Shown in pieces: positions 10,507-19,907 of a DNA stretch of 59,621 nucleotides (its first letter is position 1; every line of letters starts with the position of its first letter). The stretch comes from an uncultured Clostridia bacterium (GTDB lineage: Bacteria > Bacillota > Clostridia > Oscillospirales > CAG-272), in contig CANQWE010000005.1 in NCBI GenBank assembly GCA_947627475.1, positions 1 through 59,621 of the forward strand, written 5' to 3'. Below the pieces are notes generated by a model. The model ran no database searches and was not told where the DNA came from. It was given only the letters and a program-made list of their open reading frames with translations. A program made the position numbers and the translations under genes.

Positions 10507-11443
10507 CAAAATCGCTGCGGGGAAAACCATACGGGATTATCTGCGGGTAGATCTGGGATATTCCGGCGGCATGCTGAAGCGGCTGAAATTTATGGAAGGC
10601 GGAATCACGGTCAACGGCAAGTTTGTCACTGTGCGGTATGTGCTGCAGGAGGGGGACTGTCTGGGGCTTCGGATGGACGACCGCCCGGAGGACACCTGTC
10701 CCTATATGATTCCGGTAGATCTTCCCCTGAAAATCGCCTATGAAGACGCATATCTCACCGCTGTGGACAAGCCGCCTGCCATGCCGGCCCATCCTTCCCA
10801 TAGCCACCGGCTGGATACAGTGGCCAACGCCCTTGCGTTTCGCTATGCAGACGCCCCGTTTGTGTTTCGTCCGGTGAACCGGCTGGACCGGGACACCAGC
10901 GGGCTTATGCTCACTGCCCGTACCAAATTGGCAGCTTTCCAAATGTATCAGCATATGACCCGGGGAAACATCCGAAAATTATACATCGCCATTCTCTGCG
11001 GCACACCCATAGAACCGTGCGGCGAGATTTGCCTGTCCCTGTGCCGCTGCCCGGACAGCATTATCCAGCGTAAGGTTGCGCAGGAGGGGGACACAGGCGC
11101 AAAGGATGCGCGCACTGTATATCGGGTCCTGTACGCCGGGGAAACATATACTGCTGTTTTGGCAGCGCCGATTACCGGACGCACCCATCAGCTGCGGGTA
11201 CATTTTTCTGCGATAGGATGCCCCCTTGCGGGAGATACTATGTACGGCGGATCAGACGCAGACATCCCCCGGCACGCCCTGCACGCGGCGCACCTTTCTT
11301 TTCCCCATCCCCAGGACGGCAGGAATATTTCTCTGTATTCCCCGCTGCCTGACGATATGGCTGCCATTTGCCCTATGGCTCGGGATGCGCTGGAACAGGC
11401 AGTACAAAAGGAAGCAAAAAAGTATTTCCAAGATATACTATAG
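10490..11443 (+). CDS. RluA-family pseudouridine synthase
   Basis: ATG 10490 (MTIQIDKIAAGKTIRDYL) is chosen over the track start 10412. S4-like N-terminus, catalytic NRLDRDTSG, GRTHQLRVH motif. Confidence 0.85.
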   Translation: MTIQIDKIAAGKTIRDYLRVDLGYSGGMLKRLKFMEGGITVNGKFVTVRYVLQEGDCLGLRMDDRPEDTCPYMIPVDLPLKIAYEDAYLTAVDKPPAMPAHPSHSHRLDTVANALAFRYADAPFVFRPVNRLDRDTSGLMLTARTKLAAFQMYQHMTRGNIRKLYIAILCGTPIEPCGEICLSLCRCPDSIIQRKVAQEGDTGAKDARTVYRVLYAGETYTAVLAAPITGRTHQLRVHFSAIGCPLAGDTMYGGSDADIPRHALHAAHLSFPHPQDGRNISLYSPLPDDMAAICPMARDALEQAVQKEAKKYFQDIL

Positions 11444-11456
11444 TTAAGGAAAGATT

Positions 11457-12566
11457 ATGAAAGCCAAAGGAAAATTTCGCAGCTGGGTTCAAAAATATAT
11501 TTCTGCCCCTGCGCGGATTCTTTTTATTTTGTTTTTATGCTGCATTCCCCTGCAAGCCGCCTTTCGCCTATCCCCTGCTTTTGCCGATTTTTACAATCGG
11601 TATATCGGCGGCGCTCTGCGGACCCTGATGGCAAAAGCTACCGGGTGGATTCCCTTTTCTGTTGCAGAAGCCTTTTTATATTTTATCCCGGTACCGATCA
11701 TTCTATTTTGCATCCGGTTGTTTCGCCAAATCCGGGGAGAAAGTCGATTTTTTGTCCGTAAAATTTTCGGTCTGCTGTCCATCATTGCAGCCGCTAACAC
11801 CATTTTTACCTTGAACTTTGCCGCCGGGTATCACGGCACGCCACTGGCGGATAAACTGCAGCTGGAGGATCGGGCTGTGACAGCCCAGGAGCTGTACGAC
11901 ACTATCACCATCGTCATCGACCATGTAAACGAGACGGCCGGGAAAGTAACGTTCCATCCGGACGGTTCATCCGCCATGTCCTGGAATATTTTCACCTTAT
12001 CCGATGCACTTTGCGACGCATACCGACCATTATATGAGGAGTACCCGTTTCTCACTCCTATGGACAGCAGCATCAAGCCCATCGTTATCAGCCCCCTGAT
12101 GACCTACACCCACATCTCCGGCGTGTACTCCTTTTATACAGGAGAGGCCAATCTGAACACAAATTATCCGGATTACGTATGCGCGTATTCTGCAGCCCAC
12201 GAGTTGGCCCACCAGCGTGGGATCGCCAGGGAAGATGAAGCCAACTTCATCGCTTTTTTGGTATGTATCGGATCGACGGATCCCTATTTGCAGTACAGCG
12301 GGTATCTTTCTATGTACAGTTATCTCTCCTCCGCCCTCTATCAGGCAAATCCGGATCTGCACCAGCAGGCGGCGTCCAAGCTGGGAGATGCCGCTAAAGG
12401 AGAACTTGCCGCCTACAGCGTTTTCTTTGAAAAATATCGGGATAATGCGGCCTCGAAGGTATCCGATACGGTAAACGATGCATACCTGCAAAGTCAGGGT
12501 ACAGCCGGCTCCGTCAGCTATGGCATGGTGGTAGACCTGGCGGTATCCTATTACCTGGACAAATAG
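11457..12566 (+). CDS. DUF3810-like membrane-associated putative zinc metalloprotease
   Basis: 369 aa. N-terminal TM segments and HELAHQRGIAREDEANF (HExxH plus downstream E), as I recall for DUF3810. Confidence 0.6.
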   Translation: MKAKGKFRSWVQKYISAPARILFILFLCCIPLQAAFRLSPAFADFYNRYIGGALRTLMAKATGWIPFSVAEAFLYFIPVPIILFCIRLFRQIRGESRFFVRKIFGLLSIIAAANTIFTLNFAAGYHGTPLADKLQLEDRAVTAQELYDTITIVIDHVNETAGKVTFHPDGSSAMSWNIFTLSDALCDAYRPLYEEYPFLTPMDSSIKPIVISPLMTYTHISGVYSFYTGEANLNTNYPDYVCAYSAAHELAHQRGIAREDEANFIAFLVCIGSTDPYLQYSGYLSMYSYLSSALYQANPDLHQQAASKLGDAAKGELAAYSVFFEKYRDNAASKVSDTVNDAYLQSQGTAGSVSYGMVVDLAVSYYLDK

Positions 12567-12809
12567 TTTTCTCGACAAAAAGCGATGTTGTTTTTATTCT
12601 TTCGCCGTCAAATTTTGTAAAATGCACAGCACATTTCGCTACTTCAAAACATAAACTGTCTATTGAAGAGCGCTTGGCCGATTTGCTTCATTTTTGTGCA
12701 TTTTACATATTTTTATATGGACATATTTTGTATATTTCATATCCCGTGCACAACAATAAATTTAGATTGTAAAATATCAGGAAAAGCCCTTCCCTTTTCT
12801 GGGCTTTTC

Positions 12810-12818
12810 TGGTATAAT
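12810..12818 (+). promoter_or_regulatory. Possible extended -10 promoter for murA (TGgTATAAT)
   Basis: ctGGTATAAT lies about 135 nt upstream of the murA ATG. I saw no good -35. Confidence 0.35.
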
Positions 12819-12951
12819 AAACAATGAATAAATTTTGCTAATATACACATTTACTATATATTCTCAGCATTCGCAGCAAAATCGCTGCATTAGAATCGGT
12901 CTGGCGCCGAAAAAGAGCCCTCGGGGCTTTCACGAAAGGAATTCACCTTCA

Positions 12952-14250
12952 ATGGATAAAATTATAATAAATGGAGGCGTGCCGCTGCGGGGAACCGTGG
13001 AAGTCAGCGGCATGAAAAATGCTGCGCTCCCCATTATTTACGCATGCGTTTTGGTAGAAGATAAGTGTATCATTGAAAACATACCCAATGTGCGGGATGT
13101 ATCCCTTTCCCTGGATATCTTGCGGGATATGGGCGCGTCGGTGCGCACCATCAACAGAAGCACTGTAGAAATCGACTGTACCGGTGTCAGACAGGGAACC
13201 TCCAAGGTAGAGCAGGTTCAAAAAATTCGGGCGTCTTATTACCTCCTGGGGTCAGAACTTGGTCGGTTCGGGAAAGCCCATGTTGCATATCCGGGTGGGT
13301 GCGATTTCGGCGGCAGACCTATAGACCAGCACATCAAAGGTTTTGAGTCCTTGGGGGGTATTGTCAATACAGAAAGCGGTCACGTAGACGTTTCTACGGA
13401 AAACGGACCTGTCGGCGCGAATATTTTCTTTGATGTTGTCACAGTAGGTGCCACCATCAATATCATGCTGGCAGCTGTTTTGGCTGAAGGCACCACGATT
13501 ATCGACAATGCTGCGAGGGAGCCACATATCGTGGACCTTGCAAACTTTTTAAATACATGCGGCGCCAAAATCACCGGCGCCGGTACAGACATGATCAAAA
13601 TCAAAGGGGTAAACAAGCTGCACGGCTGCAGTTACGCCATTATCCCGGATATGATTGAAGCGGGTACCTTTATGGTAGCCGCAGCGGCCACCGGCGGCTG
13701 CGTGAAAATCACCAACGTAATTCCCAAGCACTTGGAGTCTGTCTCCGCGAAGCTGGAAGAGGCGGGTGCCATCGTAGATGAATTTGACGATGCAGTTGTG
13801 GTTACCGGGCGGTCGGTCATTCAAAAAGCCAACTTAAAGACCCATCCCTATCCTGGGTTTCCTACAGATATGCAGCCCCAGATGGCCGTGCTTTTATGCC
13901 TTGCAAACGGGGTGAGCTATGTATCAGAAGGGGTTTATGAAAAACGGTTCCGTTATGTGGAGGAACTGATCAAAATGGGCGCCACCATAAAGGTTGACGG
14001 ACGTACCGCCGTAATCGAAGGAGGCAAACCCCTCAGCGGCGCTCCGGTAATCGCGGTAGATTTGCGAGCGGGTGTCGCTATGGTCATCGCCGGGCTTGTT
14101 GCCGAGGGAACTACAGAAATATCCGATATTCACTTGATCGAACGTGGATACGATGATGTGGTGGGTAAACTGCACAGTTTGGGTGCGAATATCAAAAAAG
14201 TCAGCACTCCCGACCCGGAAAAAACTGCGTTTATAAAAAAAGCAAACTAA
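12952..14250 (+). CDS. murA: UDP-N-acetylglucosamine 1-carboxyvinyltransferase
   Basis: ATG 12952 (MDKIIINGGVPLRGTVEVSGMKNAALP) is preceded by GAAAGGAA. Active-site GGCDFGGRPIDQH. The track start 12835 is upstream in AT-rich leader. Confidence 0.95.
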   Translation: MDKIIINGGVPLRGTVEVSGMKNAALPIIYACVLVEDKCIIENIPNVRDVSLSLDILRDMGASVRTINRSTVEIDCTGVRQGTSKVEQVQKIRASYYLLGSELGRFGKAHVAYPGGCDFGGRPIDQHIKGFESLGGIVNTESGHVDVSTENGPVGANIFFDVVTVGATINIMLAAVLAEGTTIIDNAAREPHIVDLANFLNTCGAKITGAGTDMIKIKGVNKLHGCSYAIIPDMIEAGTFMVAAAATGGCVKITNVIPKHLESVSAKLEEAGAIVDEFDDAVVVTGRSVIQKANLKTHPYPGFPTDMQPQMAVLLCLANGVSYVSEGVYEKRFRYVEELIKMGATIKVDGRTAVIEGGKPLSGAPVIAVDLRAGVAMVIAGLVAEGTTEISDIHLIERGYDDVVGKLHSLGANIKKVSTPDPEKTAFIKKAN

Positions 14251-14340
14251 ATTTGTATACAGCTGCAGATTTTAGAAAATATAAAAATGGATCAACCATG
14301 CGGCAGGTCCGCTATGAAATAAAAGAAAGGAAATAGAAAT

Positions 14341-14547
14341 ATGGAAGTCACAAGAGAAACAGTTATCGGAGAAATTCTGGATTACGATATTGAAACAGCC
14401 CAGTTCTTTTTGGAAATCGGCATGCACTGTCTCGGCTGCCCGCACTCCAGAGGGGAAAGCATCGAGGATGCTTGCGCCGTTCACGGCACAGACGCCGATG
14501 AACTGGTTGCCAAAATCAACGATTATTTGGCAGGCAAGCAGGCATAA
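14341..14547 (+). CDS. DUF1858 / hybrid-cluster-protein-associated redox disulfide domain protein
   Basis: 68 aa. IGMHCLGCPHSRGESIEDACAVHG matches the CxxC small-protein family as I recall it. Confidence 0.7.
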   Translation: MEVTRETVIGEILDYDIETAQFFLEIGMHCLGCPHSRGESIEDACAVHGTDADELVAKINDYLAGKQA

Positions 14548-14568
14548 GCCGGCTGTACTATCTGACAG

Positions 14569-14606
14569 GACAAATAGGGCGGCGGATCCTCCGTCGCCCT
14601 ATTTGT
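14569..14606 (+). terminator. Strong hairpin after the DUF1858 gene (no clear T-run)
   Basis: GACAAATAGGGCGgcggatcctccgtCGCCCTATTTGTC, a 13 bp perfect stem. Confidence 0.4.
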
Positions 14607-14623
14607 CAGACTTGGAGTGCAAC

Positions 14624-15361
14624 ATGATAAATAAACCAAATCTGCTGTTGGACAGTCGCTTGGCTGCTGCCGCTTCCCTGGTGCGGGACGGCGCCGTGGT
14701 CGCTGACGTTGGTACAGATCACGGATATCTTCCCATCGCCTTGCTGCGGGAAAGAAAAATCTCCTTTGCCGCAGCGTCCGATCTACGAAGAGGACCGTTG
14801 CGCTGCGCCATGACCAATGCCCAAAAATATGGTGTACAGGACAGCATCCGTTTTTATTGTACCGATGGGCTGGAGGGAATTCCCTTGGCCGCGCTGCGTG
14901 TCACCGATATTGTAATCTGCGGAATGGGAGGCCAGCTGATCAGCCGGATTTTGTCTGAGTGCAGTTATACACAAAACGGTCAAATTCAGCTGATTCTCCA
15001 GCCTATGTCCGCTGTGGAAGAACTGCGTACATACCTTGCCGAAAACGGGTTTGCCATCCGGGAGGAACGCATCGCCTGCTCAAAGAACAAGCTGTATCAG
15101 TGTATTGCCGCCCGATTTGACGGAGCGTCTCATTTTTACACACCAGCCCAGCTTCTACTTGGCAAGCAGATCTTACAGCGTGGCGCGGCAGATCCGCTTT
15201 TTGCCCCCCTGCTGCAAAAGTATATTCAAAAAACCCAGCGGGAATTTGCAGGCAAAAGCAGGGGAGGAGACGATACCACAAAATCTCAGACGCTGCTGAC
15301 GGCGCTCATACAAATTGCAAAAAAGGAAGGCATCGATTATGCATGTACAGGAATTTTCTGA
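14624..15361 (+). CDS. trmK: tRNA (adenine22-N1)-methyltransferase
   Basis: ATG 14624 (MINKPNLLLDSRLAAAASLVRDGAVVADVGTDHGYLPIALL). It lies upstream of a Nif3 gene, the classic trmK-yqfO pairing. Confidence 0.85.
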   Translation: MINKPNLLLDSRLAAAASLVRDGAVVADVGTDHGYLPIALLRERKISFAAASDLRRGPLRCAMTNAQKYGVQDSIRFYCTDGLEGIPLAALRVTDIVICGMGGQLISRILSECSYTQNGQIQLILQPMSAVEELRTYLAENGFAIREERIACSKNKLYQCIAARFDGASHFYTPAQLLLGKQILQRGAADPLFAPLLQKYIQKTQREFAGKSRGGDDTTKSQTLLTALIQIAKKEGIDYACTGIF

Positions 15362-16103
15362 CGCGCTGGATGCGCTGTATCCAAAGATCCTCTCCTGTCC
15401 CTGGGACAACGACGGTCTTATGTGCTGTACTGACCCAGCCGCACAGATAAAAAAAGTACTGGTGGCGTTGGACGCCACCTGCAAGGTATTGGAGGAGGCG
15501 GCTGCCCGGCAGTTTGATCTGGTGCTCACCCATCATCCCCTATTATTTAAAGGGCCCAAAACGATTGTCCCTTCCACTGCCACCGGCACACGTATAATCG
15601 CTGCGGTGCAAAGCAATATTGCCGTACTGTCCCTCCACACTCGTCTGGATGCAGGAGAAGGCGGAGTAAACGACTGCCTCGCCGCCGCCTTGGGACTTGA
15701 CGGGCCGCTGAAAGTGTTCGGGGACAGCGAAAGCCCTACCTTGGGACGGATCGGCGCAACAGATATTTCTGATGGAAACGTCTTTGCCGCCCATGTAAAA
15801 GAAGCACTCCAGGCACCGGCTGTTTGCGCATACCTGTGCCGTCCGGTACGGAACGTGGCAGTTTGCGGCGGAAGCGGCGGTGATTTGGTATTTCCCGCAC
15901 TGGCTGCAGGGGCCGATACCCTTGTTACCGGGGAATGCGGGTATAATCTGTGTCTGGACGGTGCAGATTCCGGCATCAATATTATCACTGCAGGCCATTT
16001 TCATACAGAGCAGCCGGTGTGCCGGCGGCTGGCGCAGCTGGCCCAGGATATCGCCGGTGCCGATACAAGGATCATATCCAGCGATACAGGCGTGTTGCTG
16101 TAG
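15339..16103 (+). CDS. Nif3-like dinuclear metal centre protein (YqfO family)
   Basis: MHVQEFSDALDALYP...LTHHPLLFKG...AGHFHTE motifs. It overlaps the trmK stop. Confidence 0.85.
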   Translation: MHVQEFSDALDALYPKILSCPWDNDGLMCCTDPAAQIKKVLVALDATCKVLEEAAARQFDLVLTHHPLLFKGPKTIVPSTATGTRIIAAVQSNIAVLSLHTRLDAGEGGVNDCLAAALGLDGPLKVFGDSESPTLGRIGATDISDGNVFAAHVKEALQAPAVCAYLCRPVRNVAVCGGSGGDLVFPALAAGADTLVTGECGYNLCLDGADSGINIITAGHFHTEQPVCRRLAQLAQDIAGADTRIISSDTGVLL

Positions 16104-16136
16104 AAACAGGTGGAACATTCCACCTGTTTATTTTTT
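16104..16136 (+). terminator. Rho-independent terminator after nif3
   Basis: AAACAGGTGGaacattCCACCTGTTT followed by ATTTTTT. Confidence 0.85.
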
Positions 16137-16176
16137 AGCTTTGCCCCAGCAAAAGGCTTACGGAACATAAGGAGGA

Positions 16177-16252
16177 CTACCCCTACGGCGGCAAAGTCGC
16201 CACCACACGTTGTTTCTAAAAGTGAAACACAAACAAGGAAAGGATTGTCTCC
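16177..16252 (+). repeat. Mosaic intergenic repeat, copy b (module C plus nested GTTTC/GAAAC hairpin)
   Basis: CTACCCCTACGGCGGCAAAGTCGCCACCACACGTTGTTTCtaaaagtGAAACACAAACAAGGAAAGG. 16222..16238 is the exact reverse complement of 19914..19930. Confidence 0.75.
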
Positions 16253-16365
16253 GCCGAGGCAAAATCCGGAGGAATAGATATGTAGATAATTTTCCTGTCA
16301 ACCATTTGCCGGGGCTGAACCTTATTTTTTATTTTCTACAATATGACACGCGTTTTCAACAAGCA

Positions 16366-16394
16366 TTGACAAAGAAATTTGTGTGTTTTAAACT
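16366..16394 (+). promoter_or_regulatory. Sigma-A promoter for the ABC exporter (TTGACA-17-TAAACT)
   Basis: TTGACAaagaaatttgtgtgtttTAAACT, about 85 nt upstream of the start. Confidence 0.55.
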
Positions 16395-16480
16395 ATTTTT
16401 TCTATATTTTTCTAATTATATTGCGCAGTATAACAGTTCATGTTACCATATAGTATAAATAAATAAACTGGGAGATGCAT

Positions 16481-18265
16481 ATGAAGAAGCTAAAAAACAA
16501 TTGGTACATGATTCGCTTTGTTTTGCGGTATGCCCCTGGCATGTTCATCCTGAAAATCATAAACACACTTACCTCTCTTGTAGTCAGTGTGGCATTTAAT
16601 GTCTTTTTCTTAAAAAATGTCGTGGACTCTATGGAGTACGGCGGCGATTTCCAAAAGATCTTGCTTTTTATTGCAGCCATCGGCGCAATCATTATATTTA
16701 ACGGCATTTTGACAAGTATATTTCAGGAAAGAATCAGCCCCAAGGGCACGCTGAAAATACATAAAGGGATGCACAATCAGATATTTGATAAAGTCCAACA
16801 TGTAGAGCTGGAAAACTTTGACGATTCCGACTTTTATAACAGCTACATTTTAGCTGTAAACGAAGCAGACAACTGTGCGCTGCGCTCCTTCAATGTCGTT
16901 ACTTCCTTCATATCCAACGTACTTGCCGCGCTGTCCTTTTCCAGCATTGCCATATTTTACGATCCCATGCTGCTGGTATTTTCCATTGTACCGATTATTG
17001 CAACGACTTTTTTAGGGATTCGGCATAGTCATATTTCTGTGGCAAAAAGAGAAGAAAGCATCTATCCCGAAAGAAAAAGCGACTATTCGAAACGGGTGTT
17101 TTATCTGCAGCAGTATGCAAAGGAGCTGCGTCTCTATCCTTCCATGAACAAAAAGGCTGTGGACGAATTCAATGATTCTGTCCAGGACAGGGCCCATATC
17201 ATCGATAAATACAGTTTCAAAATGACAGCTATAAACTTCATATGTAGCAATTTTCAGGTTATCTTTTGTACTTTACTCATGTCCATATACATTTCCTGGC
17301 GCGTGATTGTGCAGGGATCCCTTTCCGCAGGCGTTTTTGTAGCGATGTTTACTGCCGTAAACAACTTCACCTATTCCATCGGCGCCATATTCAATTCCAT
17401 CCCCCAGATAACGGAAAATGGGCTATACGCAGAAAAGGTACGGAAGATCCTGGATTACCGGAGCAAAATGGAAAATCCCGATGCAGTGCCTGTGGAACCG
17501 GAAGCGTTTTTAGCGTCCTTTCGTGAGATCGAGCTGAGAAATGTCAGCTTCAAATATCCGGGCAGCGATACATTCGTGCTTCGGAATATCAATCTGAAAA
17601 TCCATGACGGAGAGCGGATCGCGCTGGTAGGATTTAACGGGGCAGGCAAGTCCACCTTGGTCAAGCTGATCATGCGGCTGTACGACCCCACGGAAGGGGA
17701 GATCCGGATCAACGGAGTCAATATAAAAGAATATAATGTGGAAACCTATCGGAAGCTGTTCCAGGTGGTGTTCCAGGACTTCCAGCTTTACGCCTTCTCG
17801 CTGGGCTCCAACATTATGATGCGGGATCCGGTGCCCGGCGACGATGGTGTCATCGACGATGCGCTGGACAAAAGTCATCTGGCTGATTTTAAAGATTTAA
17901 AAGAGAAAAACCTCACCAGAGAATTTGACAAGGACGGTCTGGTCCCCTCCGGCGGGCAGTCTCAGAAAATCGCCATTGCAAGGGCCCTGGCTGCAAACGA
18001 CGGACGGCTGGTGGTGATGGACGAGGCCTCCAGCGCCCTGGATCCTGTTTCAGAATACAACATCAACAAATCCATTTTTGACAATACGGCGGGCAAGAGC
18101 ATGATCATTATTTCCCACAGGCTGTCAACGGTGCAATATGCGGATCGGATTTACTATTTGAACGAAGGAGAAATCACAGAATCCGGCACCCATGAGGAAC
18201 TGATCCGGCAGCAGGGAAGCTACTGCGCTATGTATGAAAAGCAGGCGGAAAGCTATCGGTTGTGA
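16481..18265 (+). CDS. ABC exporter, fused permease/ATPase (MsbA/MdlB type)
   Basis: About 594 aa. N-terminal six-TM domain, Walker A GFNGAGKST, signature PSGGQSQKIAIARAL, Walker B VVMDEASS. GGGAG RBS favours the second ATG (16481). Confidence 0.9.
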   Translation: MKKLKNNWYMIRFVLRYAPGMFILKIINTLTSLVVSVAFNVFFLKNVVDSMEYGGDFQKILLFIAAIGAIIIFNGILTSIFQERISPKGTLKIHKGMHNQIFDKVQHVELENFDDSDFYNSYILAVNEADNCALRSFNVVTSFISNVLAALSFSSIAIFYDPMLLVFSIVPIIATTFLGIRHSHISVAKREESIYPERKSDYSKRVFYLQQYAKELRLYPSMNKKAVDEFNDSVQDRAHIIDKYSFKMTAINFICSNFQVIFCTLLMSIYISWRVIVQGSLSAGVFVAMFTAVNNFTYSIGAIFNSIPQITENGLYAEKVRKILDYRSKMENPDAVPVEPEAFLASFREIELRNVSFKYPGSDTFVLRNINLKIHDGERIALVGFNGAGKSTLVKLIMRLYDPTEGEIRINGVNIKEYNVETYRKLFQVVFQDFQLYAFSLGSNIMMRDPVPGDDGVIDDALDKSHLADFKDLKEKNLTREFDKDGLVPSGGQSQKIAIARALAANDGRLVVMDEASSALDPVSEYNINKSIFDNTAGKSMIIISHRLSTVQYADRIYYLNEGEITESGTHEELIRQQGSYCAMYEKQAESYRL

Positions 18266-18275
18266 AAAGGAAATT

Positions 18276-18320
18276 TGCAGGCCCTATCATCTTCTAAGAG
18301 ATGATAGGGCCTGCAGCTTT
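18276..18320. terminator. Hairpin terminator between the ABC exporter and the convergent PP-loop gene
   Basis: TGCAGGCCCTATCATCttctaagaGATGATAGGGCCTGCA, a 16 bp stem with T-rich flanks on both strands. Confidence 0.6.
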
Positions 18321-18426
18321 CTCAGCCGTCTGTCCAGCCATCAATATGTCCGCGCTCCATAGCGCCGACAATCCGACGGTACAGTCCACGGTGCTGTACA
18401 TCAAAAGTGTGCAGATTCTGCTTCAT

Positions 18427-19068
18427 TTATTCCCGCTGGGAATGCTTGTCCGCCGGGCAGGGGCTCTCCTCTACAGGCAGTCCCGCCGCCCGGACAAACC
18501 GTTTGATCTCCTTTTCTTCCGTCAGTACCAGGGGACGGATCATAGTTAAATCCTTTCTGGACAAATAGGTCACCGGGGAAAAGCATCCTGCCCGTCCCTC
18601 AAAAAACAAATTCAGCATAAAGGTCTCTGCCGCATCGTTATAATGATGTCCCAAGGCGATCTTATTGCAGCCCTGCTCCAGTGCAAGATCGTGGAGTATG
18701 CCTCTGCGCATTCTTGCACAAAGAGAGCAGGGGTTTGTCTCACGGCGCACATCAAATATGATTTTTGCCGTCTCTGTTTCCCGGACCACATAAGGTACAT
18801 GAAGCCTGCGGCAAAGCTCTGCAATTTCCCGATGATCGTTTTTTTTCGCCTGAATCCGCTGGGATTTTTCAAATCCCATATCCACTGTCACTGCGCAAAG
18901 GTCAAACTGGCGGGGCAAAAATCGGCGCAGTTCTGCCAGGGCACACAAAAGTGCCAGAGAATCCTTGCCACCGGACACTCCTACTGCAATTCGATCCCCG
19001 TCCTGTATCATATCATATCGTTCTACCGCCAGCCGCACCCGGCTGAGGACTTTCTGCAAGTCTTTCAT
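18427..19068 (-). CDS. PP-loop ATPase, TtcA-like tRNA 2-thiocytidine synthetase family
   Basis: 213 aa with an SGGKDS PP-loop motif (VGVSGGKDSLALL) and CSLCARMRRG. Confidence 0.75.
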   Translation of the reverse strand: MKDLQKVLSRVRLAVERYDMIQDGDRIAVGVSGGKDSLALLCALAELRRFLPRQFDLCAVTVDMGFEKSQRIQAKKNDHREIAELCRRLHVPYVVRETETAKIIFDVRRETNPCSLCARMRRGILHDLALEQGCNKIALGHHYNDAAETFMLNLFFEGRAGCFSPVTYLSRKDLTMIRPLVLTEEKEIKRFVRAAGLPVEESPCPADKHSQRE

Positions 19069-19189
19069 GTCGCTCTCTTTCCTTTTTGCATATACTGTAT
19101 CAAAGTAGCACGGGCAGTTCCCGTCTGCATCTTATTTATATAGTAGGTGCAGCACAGACTCCACCTACGTGAAACTTTTTTAGAAAGGC

Positions 19190-19762
19190 ATGGTTATAGG
19201 TATGGCAAAAATCTACATAGACCAAGGACACAACCCTGTAAATCCCAACTCCGGCGCCGAGGGAAACGGGTACAGAGAGCAGGATCTGGTTTTTGAAATC
19301 GGTGTGCGCACCGCGGAAATTCTCCGGGCCGCCGGTCAGGACGTCCGTCTCTCTCGTCCCACGCCTGAAACGCAGCTTGGCACCTCCAACGCATCTTCCC
19401 TGGCAGCCCGGGTCAACGACGCAAACGCCTGGGGGGCAGACTATTTTATCAGCCTCCATGCAAACGCTTCAGAAATCCCCACTGCCTCCGGCTCGGAAGC
19501 GTACGTTTACCAGCTGGGCACCACAGCCGAAACCCTGGCAGAAAATATTCTTCAGCAGCTTGCAATCAATACCGGGCTGCCAAACCGGGGCGTGTTTGCC
19601 CGGCCCACCCTGTATGTACTTCGCCGAACAAGAATGCCTGCCACACTCATTGAACTGGGCTTTATCACCAATGCATACGAAGCAGCGCTTATGGCCAATC
19701 AGCCGGAGCTTTTTGCACAGGGTGTTGCAAACGGGGTGCTGGCTTTTTTGGGAGAACTGTAA
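19190..19762 (+). CDS. N-acetylmuramoyl-L-alanine amidase (Amidase_3 family)
   Basis: IYIDQGHNPVNPNSGAEGNGYREQDL...DYFISLHANA...ATLIELGFITN. An alternative start is ATG 19202. No obvious signal peptide. Confidence 0.85.
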   Translation: MVIGMAKIYIDQGHNPVNPNSGAEGNGYREQDLVFEIGVRTAEILRAAGQDVRLSRPTPETQLGTSNASSLAARVNDANAWGADYFISLHANASEIPTASGSEAYVYQLGTTAETLAENILQQLAINTGLPNRGVFARPTLYVLRRTRMPATLIELGFITNAYEAALMANQPELFAQGVANGVLAFLGEL

Positions 19763-19769
19763 CTCCCCT

Positions 19770-19811
19770 AAAAAAGCAGCCGTTTCAGTCCGCTGATACG
19801 GCTGCTTTTTT
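19770..19811. terminator. Bidirectional Rho-independent terminator
   Basis: AAAAAAGCAGCCGTttcagtccgctgatACGGCTGCTTTTTT. Confidence 0.85.
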
Positions 19812-19907
19812 ATCAGGCTCTGCACAATAAGCAATGGTGGGAAAAGAGGAAAACACTTTTCCCGATAGCTATGCTGTCCCCATCGTCAGAGGGCTTAGAT
19901 TTTAAAA

